A stretch of 59,862 bases of DNA, counting the filler, from Catajapyx aquilonaris (lineage: Eukaryota), in assembly GCA_000934665.2 (NCBI GenBank). It is 2 parts of 2 records of this genome, joined end to end, with 100 filler letters (N's around TTAATTAATTAA, not from the genome) between each part and the next. Parts side by side here need not be neighbours in the genome. Positions count along the whole stretch, not along the records: positions 1 to 29,882 come from KZ539202.1; positions 29,983 to 59,862 come from JYFJ02004728.1. One strand, 5' to 3'. Made by a program: the position numbers and the translations under genes. Shown piece after piece: positions 27,091-37,479 of the stretch. Every line of letters starts with the position of its first letter. Position 1 is the stretch's first letter. Under the pieces are notes generated by a model. It saw only the letters and a list, made by a program, of their open reading frames with translations. It was not told the origin of the DNA and did not search any database.

Positions 27091-29882
27091 CTGCTCACCT
27101 TATGGGTGTAACGAGTCACAGGGGAAACTACAACTGCTTGAAATCCAGTTAATTGGTATGATTATTATTCTCACAATTTGGACCGCTACTATTTTTCATC
27201 AATTCCCATTTAGTGTTTGTTCCCTTTTCAGATAGCATTAGAGATGGTTTATTCAAAGTCAAGGTCTGGCAGCGTGGCACCGCAGGGATGTAGATCTGCC
27301 CACAATAATTTCAGGATTCGGCGTAGCTACCGTGATAAAAAAAACCCTTCCATAGCTGTGCAAATTACGTACCGGTAGGCGTCATATGGATTGACAATCA
27401 ATGTTCTAGATGTTAGTTGAGTAACACCGATGATGTCGCTTTGGGTCATATAACAAAACCGAACAATTTCCGCTAAAAAGTACAATATTAATAAGCGGTG
27501 TTAGAAACGTTTCTGTCTCTTGAAGTACTTGGTTTTGAAAATCACGCGAATATTGAATCTGGTAAGAGATGACAAGGAGACAGCAATGTCAATGTCATTG
27601 GGACGGACTTTATTGACGTGGCCCATTTTCACGTCCATACGGTACCCTAATGCACACAGCCTACTTCTTGAAGCTCATTCTCTCTGGTTACGGCACTTGA
27701 ACAACATGGATGATTTTTTTCTTTGGTGTAACTTGGAGTCACAGTGTTATGTTACGTAACCCTCTCTTGTCTGGCGCAATGGAGGTGACAATTTTGGATG
27801 TTCTCTCCACCCATTCCTAATATTAGGCATCTGTATCTTGCATGAAGAGTTTCACTTGCTGCCCGACGCTGCGCTGTGTGGATCATTAAAATGTTCTGCA
27901 TTTGTACCGCACAATAGATATACTGTATAATGTATATGAGGCATTTCTTGTTCGTATGTAGTGATGTTGGCTCTTATTTGACACAGAATATGACGTCGGC
28001 TTCTGGAGTTTCTTCCATTGTGAACTTGACAATTTAGTGTACTGAGCACATTCTAAGACAAGTCGGCACTGTGTAGACTAATTTTCTTCCTCCCCTTCAT
28101 CTCGTGGAATCCGAACGATGAGGACGCACATTGCCCCGGGTCCGCCCCGGTTCTCTGCCCCTGCTAGAAGATTCGATGAGTAATCAGATGAGACGTGGGA
28201 GATCGAGTAGGAGCGGGGAAGGCTGCATTTGGACCAGAAAACCAGTTCAAGGTTTGGAGGTGAAGGCTGGGTTCACATGAGCGTCGTTTGGTCGTTGCGG
28301 TCCTTCACCCTTCTTCGACAGACAATAACCAGCCCTTAGTCCATCCAATTCCTGAGTTCGAATGCCATAATTACAGTATAATTTTATCTCTTACAATATG
28401 TCTTACATCAATGCCTTATTGCAAATTTCAAAAGCAAAGCATATCCTTACGCAGGTAAGAACTGCGAATCACTTTTAAATTACAAAAAAAATAGTATAAT
28501 GTAACGTGCACTTGAAATACTTTTCAGAATGGGGATGCGTCATGCTATTTGATAAGTGTGTCAGATTTCGTTATCCGTCGGATCCTCCATGAATTTGAGT
28601 CGTTTTTTGTCTGAATTAATATTGGGTCCACCAGGCGTTGAAGTATTCCTTGCCCATTTTCTCATAGAACTGTCGAATTATCTCAGCAGGCAAATGTGGT
28701 GATGACAATTCACAGTTCGTTTATTGCGGGCTGTATAAGCAGATTATTATGCTGAACATGCCTGTTTTAACCACATTTGTGGGGCTTAATTTTTAGGATT
28801 CGGCCATGGCTACCGTAACAAAATGTGGCCTGGGCTTTGCAAGTTTTCACTTGAATTATTGGTTGTCAGATGGTCAGGGCGAGGATTCACGTGCTTTACT
28901 ACTGGCAGTTACGGCAGTATGACCTGTTCCCTGGTATGACGATCAACGCACGAGAAAATAAACTCGCCAGGCTGACGGCAATCGTCTGAATAATTATCTT
29001 CGTGATAAGATGACGAGATTGGTGCCATTGAGTGATTCCTCGAAAAGTACGACGATTTCAGCAAATTCGTCCGGCTCGGTTCTCAAGGTTAAGTACGTAT
29101 ATTTTGACGTACAGTATTTCATAATTAAAGCAGCCCAACAGTTGGCGAATCATTAATGACTTAATTAATGTGTTTCACCTCGTCTTAAACAAGGTTCAAT
29201 AAGAGATCAGGTAAACCGGGTGATGGGGAAACGGCGAGATGGTTTGGGTCATCTTCCATCGATACTCATTAGTCTGGTGTTGGCGCAGGGACAGGGCCCG
29301 TGTGGTACTATGCATCGTAGCAATAGGGGATGTGGTGTCTTAGCACTCTTGTTAGTCGGTCTAGCAGGACCAGAATTTGTAGTTTTGAAACTTCAAAAGG
29401 CTCATCAGAGGCTCTTGAATGACATGCATGTAAATAAATTTTATATGTCAGTGACTAGAGCCACTAGAACCTTTACATGAGAAATTTTTATTTAAATTTC
29501 CTTAGCTTAATTTATTATTGTTCCTGTATGCTGCTAGACGAGGTCGTATTTTCATTTGGCAAGTGAAATTGCAAATTGGGTAAGTTGCCTTCATTTTATA
29601 AAGTGACTTGGTGTTTCATATCTACCATGGAAATTAATTGTTGGTTTGTGCTCTAATTTTCCGATGAAACGAACAGAGATTGAATGATTTATGAAGTCCC
29701 TGACACCACTGTCAGAAGTTGTTGACCCAACACAGCGGAGTGACTTCCGGAGTACAAAGCTGCGGAGATTCGTACAGAGTGGTCCCAGTTAAGGCTCTTG
29801 AGCGGTCATGGCGGGAGTTGGAACCGGCTTTGGGTTCCTGGGCGGATTCTTTGGGGTTGACGTACAATCGCGGGAAGACGGA

Positions 29883-29982
29883 NNNNNNNNNNNNNNNNNN
29901 NNNNNNNNNNNNNNNNNNNNNNNNNNTTAATTAATTAANNNNNNNNNNNNNNNNNNNNNNNNNNNNNNNNNNNNNNNNNNNN
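29883..29982. other. Artificial contig linker: 44 N + TTAATTAATTAA + 44 N
   Basis: TTAATTAATTAA (29927-29938) puts stops in all six frames and is centred in a 100-bp spacer, a standard concatenation device. Confidence 0.95.
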
Positions 29983-29988
29983 ATTTAA

Positions 29989-30564
29989 GCTGTACCATAG
30001 GTCTTACTCAAGCAATTCTCAAGTACGGTACGGAACGGCTCGTAAAATGACTGCTGCAAACTAATACTCAGAGCAGTATGGGTAGGATTTTATTATGAAA
30101 AGAAAAAAATTGGGGGAAAACTAAACCCATCCTAACAGACTTGGTCCAATCGAAAAAGACCCTCTAAAATTCACCAATTAACCTTTATATGTGAAAAATT
30201 AAACATTAGAGTTAAAATCAGCATCTAAAAGGGGTGCGCCGATTCTGCATGAATGTTTCATGGCAATAATTCGCACTAATCGCATAGAAATTCAATATGC
30301 TTAATATTGAAGTTCCTAATTTCATAAAACACTAATAATTATGGAGTGGCTCATGGAAAATTAATGGGCAGAATTTTCGTCGTACTACTATTACTATTAA
30401 CTACAGGTCTGTAGTTACTGCTAACTTAGCAGTACAATTGCAGTACACTGGTACTGCTGTTAGAAGTAATTAGTAGTAGGACGAAAATTCCACAAATTTG
30501 TTTCAGAAAGGAGACTTCATGAGCAGTGAATTGGAAATTGCTTGAGTAAGACCTATGGTACAGC
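29989..30564. mobile_element. MITE with ~30-bp TIRs in a TTAA site
   Basis: GCTGTACCATAGGTCTTACTCAAGCAATT ... AATTGCTTGAGTAAGACCTATGGTACAGC, flanked by TTAA at 29985-29988 and 30565-30568. Confidence 0.8.
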
Positions 30565-31405
30565 TTAAATCAATTGGTGAAGGTCTTACGTGCGCCTGCC
30601 TTGTTTCAGTACTTTCATTCCGCCGCGGAGGTCTTACTTCTCTTTTTTTTACTGAAGGGAAAGTTTTTGATCTAATAGGTATAATAAGACGATCCTTAGC
30701 CTGTCCTAATAACTTCTACTGATGAAATAACACGCGAAATAACATTTGTTTAAGTGAATAAATGCCAATCATAAGCCTTTGATCACATACACAACAAGAG
30801 CCAGAATAACTTTAAAAAATAAAAACCCACCATTGCTGAGCTAAAACATAAAATACAGTATTATTATGGAACACTGTGTTACACACAAAATCTGGGAGTG
30901 CCAATATATTACGGATAATCCGGCGGCCTGTGCTCAGTCAAAATGTACAGTACACAATGCACAGTATATGCACTTTAAACAATCATTGAATATTACTTTT
31001 GTTACCTGCTAGTATTAATAATTACACCTGTGCACGCGATGGCTGATCAAGTGATCAGTAATATACGTACTCTCTGACGCCGTGACTGTCTGAATACGGA
31101 CTGTAACTACCCTATAAAAAGAGGCTGCATGCCTGTCACGGGGTATCTCGCATCTGATTATTATCTTGTGCATATCCTCACCCTTGTTACTGTTTTTATG
31201 CTCTGTAGCATGTTACCTATGCACATAAAACAGGAACACAATGTAATTTCCACTGCACGTTGTATAATATCATTATAATCAAATCTCGCCACTATAAAAG
31301 GATGTGAAGTACTTTGGCGGTCTGAAAACAGTCGAAGGAATTGTCCTGTACTGTATATGTGAAGCAAATCTGGCTGACCATCCGTACTGCAGAATAATAA
31401 CTTAC

Positions 31406-33889
31406 CTTGTCTAAGTACTTTTGCACTAGCTGAGAAAGACATCGAGAGGAGACTGGGGATACCTCAGATGGTTTTATGACAACACAATTACCAGCAGCGA
31501 TGGCACCAACCAAAGGCATGAGCATTGTTGCATATGGAAAGTTCCAGCTTCCGATAATTAATACCACTCCATATGGTTGGCTCTCTGTATATGCTGAGTT
31601 CCAAGGCAAAATTGCCTTTTTATTCATCTGAAAATGAAATCACACATGGCGATAAAAAATGACTGAATTACTATCCGATAGGGAAAGTACTCTAATTATT
31701 ATCACATAATTACACACATAATATTATATGTCATTGTAATTAATCTTCGTTGCATGTGAGTTGAGGAAGAGGCTAATATATTCGCAATGGAAGAGTGACG
31801 AATCAAGGTCAGCATCACTGGAGATAAGCATTCTTATGACACTTACACGCAAAAAAATCTGTTTCGAAAAACTTATTGCGAGCATTGCAAATCCTGATGA
31901 CTTCATTCGAATCCAGAGCGAATGAGTCATTCTTTTCGATCATGTAGATATTTTTTTGGTAATCTATATTATTTTAGAAGGAGCTGAGAAATCTTTTACT
32001 GCAGCCGTCTTACGAGTACATAAAGAATATTGGCTGTGGTTGCAGTATAGCATGATCATGTGAGAAGTCTTTTCTGAGGCTTTTGGAGTGAAATATAACG
32101 GGCATGGAAACAAAATCATTATTGATAGCAGACTCATACATACATACATACACACATCCACTCTTGTCTTGACTAAGGCGTGGGGACGGACATTGATCAC
32201 TTTTCACTGCGAGTGTAAACTGATCTAACCTAACCTAACGTAACCTAACCTAACCTAACCTAACCTAACCTACCCTACCCTACCTAACTTACCCTACCCT
32301 AAGTAACCTAGGCTGAGAAAAATGGACTTTTGTGAAACCCTACAAATGAAAATAGTGGGGACATGTCCCCACTAATTTACACATGTCCCCACTGTAATGG
32401 TACACTTCGCGTGTGTGAGACTGTGGGGACCGACAAATGTCCCCACAATTGGAACTGGTCCCCACAGCTACAGTAAAACCACAGACTTCCGTCCCCAGAC
32501 CTTAGTCAAGACCTGATCATACATACACCCATACATACATACATACATACATACATACATACATACATACATACATACATACATACATACATACATACAT
32601 ACATACATACATACATACATAACTTACATACATATGCAGGTACGCACGTACTGTATACATATGTACTGTATGCTTTACCAATATTTTTGTACCTACATCT
32701 GGTGCAGTTAAAGTGTTTTGTAACAAAGTGTGCACGGAAATCTTTTGATGTGCCTTTGAGTTTGAAAATATCTATGATAAAAATTTGCTGACTGAGTATT
32801 TATATGAATAGTGCTATCGATGGAGATATGCTTCTGAATTTATATTTTAAGGTTACTGCAAAGGTAAGACAGGAAGACCAAGAGACGTTATGAAAATAAT
32901 TATGCAAACATAATTATCTATGTATTAATAGTTCCACTTACCCTGTTAGGTTTCATCCATTTGTGCAGGTTCTTTATGGCATGATTAACTTCCTCCCAAA
33001 CAAGAGTAAACTCAATGACATCGGACTCGAACTTGGGCTGAAGGAGAAAGAAAATAAATTTATAACACGCCCTCAAATCCAGATATCATCACGCAATGCC
33101 CACCACACTTCACTAAGTGAAGTGTGGTGGGCATTGCGTGATGACCAAAATCATAACTATAGTAACATCGTCCTCCAAGTCTTGGAGGACGATGTTACTA
33201 TAGTTATGATTTTGGTTTCCAGAAGGTTATCAGTTTAATACTTTGAGCTAAAATGTACGCAACGAATAGTTAAGCGTTATCATACAGTACTGGATCATCG
33301 AAAAATAATGACCCAGTTTTAAAACCCTATAACTCGAAAACTTGTATAGAGATATCTAATGATTTAAGTTTTGAAATGTTAAGAAATGTCTAAAGTTCTG
33401 CTTTTACCATAGTTTATTTCGCCATTTGTCGCTCAAAAAAATGTAAATACTTACAGTAATCGGTGTCCTGCCTAACCCGCTCAGGCATGTCTGGCGTTAG
33501 GGGAGACAGGGGCTATATGGGACACTTTTTACATGTATTTTTTTTCTGAGGCCAGTTACGATTTATTCACTGTGATTTTTATACCGATAAATGCACATAC
33601 TTTAAGGAAGGCGAAGTGGAGCTGCGGTAACGTTTGCTCCCGGGGACACCCCCTTCATCTCGTGCAGAGTTTAGGGCCATCTCTGACTTCGTCTCGGGTG
33701 GTATTTCCGATAGACTAAACCACCCGGGGGAGCTCACAAAATGACCACATGTCATTGCACTGCACTTCCACATCCCCTCCTGTCATCCCCCTATCGCTCG
33801 CGGTACCCCGCGTTACGGTTAAAGGCCCACCTGTACTACGTATAAAACACAGCAAAATAAAGGTACTGTGCCGATGCCCAAGGGCGGTG

Positions 33890-33956
<67 letters not shown>

Positions 33957-35183
33957 GTTCTTGTTGTTGTTGTTGTTGTTGTTGTCGTCACTGTAAGCTC
34001 TTGCTGTAAGTAACATCATATGCTAAAATATTTCGTTATCTGCTTCGACGAAGAAATTATGGCGTATGAAGATTTTTTTTTGCTTCTTTCTCAATATTTT
34101 CTGCATCGAAGCATACGTACAGTACGTACTGTAGATCTCAGAGGTGATTTATACGTGCTTTATAGCCTACGTGATTTATACTTATATAACTGAACCTATT
34201 CAGTTCAAGGCAAGTTCTAGGATTTTAATAAGGGATGACGCACTTCTGTATTGTACGACACTATATGTACTTTACGCCGAATTGGTAATGTTACAGTGAA
34301 ATTTTATCATAAGCGTGTATATTAAATGGGAGCCATCGTGATAATTTTTCTACCCCTCCCCCACTGCCGAAGCATTTCACAAAGGTGACTGTTAAGTGTG
34401 CATGCAGTTTATGACTGTATTGCACAATTACTTTAAACTGTGTTTACTAGTTGTTTGAAGTTGCATAATCATTTTCGACGCTTAACGCAAATCTGACAAA
34501 TCATTCATCCATGTCATGTTCAATAATATTAATTTTCACTTACTGACGTTAATTACTTTAATGTTCATGATCAATGATCTCACTGAGTGCATAGCACTAA
34601 ATAGTGTGTGGGACTTAAAATAACCGCAGTACAGTATTTGACCTTCCGAGAAGATGATATATTATGCAAATTAAATGGGACTGGTCAACCTTGGAGAATA
34701 ACTTTTTTGCACCTAATATGCGTTGAGGGCAAAAAGCGGACATTTCCTCATTGTTACAGTAGAGTCGCCTCTCAAGCTTCAATAAAAGGCATATTCTCAT
34801 TTCGTAACCGTTTCCTAAGAGAAAAAGGATCACAAATAATATTCAACGCAAATGCCTTAGTTTGAACTGCAAATACATAATTATCATACACGTATACCGT
34901 AGTATGTACGTACTGTAATATAGTCACGACTCTGACACCGTCATTAACACTTTTATGCATAGCAGCATAAGATAGACTTATGCAGAGGGGACAGGGAAGG
35001 AGATAGATGGATATAGATAAATAAAATACTTAAACTTACTTTGCGAATATCTTGATGCAAAGAATCCACCACTACATCCTTGTTTTCAAGTAGCAACTTT
35101 CGGAGTTGCAAAAGTTGCTGATATCTGTAGCTGTAGCCCAAGGTCTTGAAAGTATTGAAAGCATCTCTTGCTTGCTGGACAAC
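31406..35183 (-). CDS. ALDH3: Class-3 aldehyde dehydrogenase paralogue B, partial (exons 35040-35183, 32942-33037, 31406-31627; 3' exons lost at contig end; tentative first coding exon ~35681-35725)
   Basis: GT-AG, phase-0 exons of 144/96/222 nt, identical in size to paralogue A. They translate VVQQARDAF...DIRK / PKFESDVIE...WMKP / QPYGVVLIIGSWNFP...AIAAGNCVVIKPSE with no internal stops. Confidence 0.88.
32166..32512. mobile_element. Non-autonomous TIR element inserted in a (CATA)n microsatellite, with internal (TAACC)n and repeated GTCCCCAC motifs
   Basis: 25-bp TIRs GTCTTGACTAAGG(CG/TC)TGGGGACGGA at 32166-32190 and 32488-32512. CATA repeats lie on both sides and a TAACC array at ~32225-32310. 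Confidence 0.8.
32518..32620. repeat. (CATA)n microsatellite
   Basis: Seen directly. Confidence 0.98.
33086..33215. repeat. Two abutting perfect palindromes (29-bp arms 33086-33144; 35-bp arms 33145-33215, 1-nt loops)
   Basis: TCATCACGCAATGCCCACCACACTTCACT-A-AGTGAAG...TGATGA and CCAAAATCATAACTATAGTAACATCGTCCTCCAAG-T-CTTGGAGG...TTTTGG. Confidence 0.95.
33606..33890 (+). mobile_element. Degenerate SINE ending in a (TTA)n/(TTG)n tail
   Basis: A-box-like head (GTGGAGCTGCGGTAA), a central CATTGCAC.GCAC...TCCCCTCC block shared with the SINEs at 36774 and 39881, and a microsatellite tail. Confidence 0.5.
33892..33985. repeat. (TTA)n followed by (TTG)n microsatellite
   Basis: Seen directly; it produces the spurious poly-Y/poly-N ORFs in the track. 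Confidence 0.98.
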
Positions 35184-36415
35184 CTTGATAACAGGTACAA
35201 AATGACTCTCAATTACCTAATGTTATTGTAAATACAAGTGGCGGAAAGCCGGTTTCCCAGTCACATATACAATAACCTTTCAAAACAATGGGAAAAAGTT
35301 ACTAATGAATCGTTACAATTGGTTGAAGCATAAGAATAGCAAGACCCCATTCATTTATTTCACATCCCAGCAAGAGAAACACTAAGAAGCGTTGACATGC
35401 AGGGGGGTCACTATCACCCTGAATGAATTTTAAATAAACATTTCTCTGGACGGCTGAAATCAACAGAGTGCATCATCATAAATTACGCGGTAAGGACTAA
35501 TTACACAATTTGACACTGATCGCTCTGGCAAATCAAGCTTACAAATCAGTGTCATCCAGACTTGTGATTTTCTTTCAAATTGTGTCAGGTCCTCGCTGCA
35601 AATCAGTGATAGGTAAATATATGACGTTAAGACAAAATTGAAGTAGATGTGAATAATACGTAAAAAGTAACCACACATGCCTTATACTCGTCCTTGCAGT
35701 GAGTACCGTTCCTTCCCGTGTGCATGGTGGAAGAATACTGGCATTCTGATTCATACTGGGGGATATATATATAATACTAAACGTCTAGGCCTGCATTACG
35801 CTCATTACAGTAGAGGCTATCAAAACATGCACTTCACTATTCATTAGTGATCCCTGAGTAGTAAAGATTTGTTCTCAGCACAAAACAACAAGTGACGGAG
35901 ACACGTGGGAAGAATATTACATTTCCTCATCATTGTCACGAAATGGTTGAGAAGATGCAGGTTTCCGCGTCAGTATTTTTTTCTACACTAGTTATACAGG
36001 TGAAGCCTCTATAGAGTCTGTACGTCCTACTCCTCATTAATTACTGAAAGCATGTCTCTATATCCGTCATTCGTCATACGGTACTGCAAAGGCATGCGAT
36101 AATAACATGCGCTAATTTACACAAATGAAAATAAGCTTGCAAATTTCCCATATAACTTAAGCAAAAAATGACATTATTAATATGGCAAGCTGTCTGATGA
36201 AATAATTGATTAGAAAGACTTATATAGGGCCTAGGGGTTTCCCTTCTAGAATTTGGTTTTATACTGTAAGTTATAGAACTATCGTGAGGGTCAATCAACA
36301 CGTAACAATATAACAATTCATACCCCGTTGGCGGCTCTTTAGGGGGGGGGGGGGGAGTTCATCCCAATTTTGTTTTGACTGGAACTCTTTGCTTACATTT
36401 TTTACTTTGCTTTTT

Positions 36416-36612
36416 GGGATAGGATGGGGACGGAAGGAAGCGGCTGTGGCCTATTATTTAGGAAGCAATTCCGGAATTCTCCTGGGGGGGGGGACCTTGG
36501 GAAACCACAGAAAACCACGGTTAGGATTGCCGGCCCCGGGACTCGAGTTTTGAGTTGACAATGTAGAAACGTAGAAAATGGCCGGCTGGTTCGAACGGTA
36601 TAGTCCACTCAA
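36416..36612 (-). mobile_element. Truncated SINE, same family as 36774-37176, opposite orientation
   Basis: The reverse complement contains GGTTTTCTGTGGTTTCCCAAGGTC...AATAGGCCACAGCCGCTTCCTTCCGTCC, matching 36864-36953. Confidence 0.75.
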
Positions 36613-36773
36613 CTCCATCTGTTGATTTAGCCGAGAAAAAGCCGGACATTAGCAAGAGTGCATTTACGTTACATCAGTGGGATTCACGGCAGAAAACCAT
36701 CTCTCCTGAAAAAAGTTGCCAAAAGTAAGATGCAACGTTGTTCCATATAACAGCATTCAACTATTGATCATTG

Positions 36774-37176
36774 ACCGAAGCAGTAGTGGTGGAGTGGATA
36801 TGGTATCCGACTGCTAATCGGGAGGTCCTGGGTTCGAGTCCCGGAGGCCGGCGGTCTTGACCTTGGTTTTCTGTGGTTTTCCAAGGTCGCCCCAGGAATA
36901 ATTTCCGGGATCGTACCGTAAAATAGGCCACAGCCGCTTCCTTCCTTTCCGTCCTGGAGGAGGTGCGGGTTAGTCGGGGGTTTCTGACTCGCATCTAGGG
37001 GTCATCTTGGCGAACGGGCCCCCTGAGGGACTGCACACGACCCCCAACTTGATGACATTGCACATGCACCAGTGTCCCCCCCTCCTATCCCCACCCTGTC
37101 CCTGCACATAGTGGTATTCCACTCCCCTAAGAGAGCCCATGGCTCTAGCACGGGGTATATCTAAAAAAAAAAAAGA
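36774..37176 (+). mobile_element. Full-length tRNA-derived SINE
   Basis: A box TGGTGGAGTGG, anticodon-like arm TCCGA-CTGCTAA-TCGGG, B box GGTTCGAGTCC, poly-A tail, and a 15-bp TSD AACTATTGATCATTG (36759-36773, 37177-37191). Confidence 0.92.
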
Positions 37177-37365
37177 AACTATTGATCATTGTGATTTTGT
37201 TTATGTATCATGATTTCCATGCTCTGGACATGTGATAGGAGACATGGCAGAGCATATAATGAACATGTTAATTTTTCCCTGGGCCGGCCTAAAGAAATAA
37301 GCTCAAAATAATAAATTCGCATTTCCTGGAAATTTTGTTCTGAAATAGGTAGCCTGGTTTTCAAA

Positions 37366-37479
37366 ACCTACGTATGTAAGACAAAGTTTCTTTGTTTTTT
37401 TGCTTGCCCATGGCACCGGGATTTTGTTGGAGTGATCACCATGGAAACAGGCCGTGCGAAGAACGGGCTCCGCTGCTAG
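37366..37479 (+). mobile_element. Short Helitron-like remnant (3' end)
   Basis: GCCGTGCGAAGAACGGGC-TCCGCTG-CTAG|T, homologous to the 3' end at 1679-1705. Confidence 0.55.

Larger units (their letters stand above)
3050..29450 (-). pseudogene. ~26-kb array of decayed, intron-less, co-oriented coding fragments of unknown (possibly viral or foreign) origin; candidate EVE / piRNA-cluster-like locus
   Basis: Protein-like minus-strand frames of 100-200 codons broken by stops and frameshifts (e.g. ~4260-4860, ~4900-5360, ~21950-22250, ~25260-25860). Many internal paralogies show synonymous third-position differences, e.g. LSNSMTDPHSEQYFKCT ~6185-6235 vs LSNSMTHPHSEKYFKCT ~28505-28555. No splice structure is apparent. 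Confidence 0.6.

Noticed and set aside
3300..28300. TGA=Trp reassignment in the array
   Set aside because: At least one TGA aligns with AGA (Arg) in a paralogue (~28247 vs ~3408) and TGG>TAG decay is seen, so CpG/transition decay explains the TGAs.
3050..29450. Single integrated nidovirus-size genome, or a CRISPR-like repeat-spacer array
   Set aside because: The content is redundant and jumbled with no polymerase or helicase motifs recognised, and there is no regularly spaced conserved repeat between fragments.
29719..29882. WADSLGLTYNRGKT resembling the end of a LINE reverse transcriptase domain
   Set aside because: No YADD motif upstream and the sequence is cut by the gap; too short to call.
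29927..29938. TTAATTAATTAA palindrome inside Ns; apparent linkage of the array with the ALDH genes
   Set aside because: Synthetic six-frame-stop linker. Adjacency of the two halves is not evidence of biological linkage.
32225..32310. (TAACC)n as a true telomere
   Set aside because: Short, degenerate and internal to a TIR element within an intron.
33749..34019. Poly-Tyr / poly-Asn ORFs (also YVCM repeats at 32517-32735)
   Set aside because: Translations of microsatellites.
36778..36850. tRNA-Ser(GCT)-like sequence (a similar head lies at 39900-39975)
   Set aside because: No proper acceptor stem or terminator. It continues into a SINE body with a tail and TSD.
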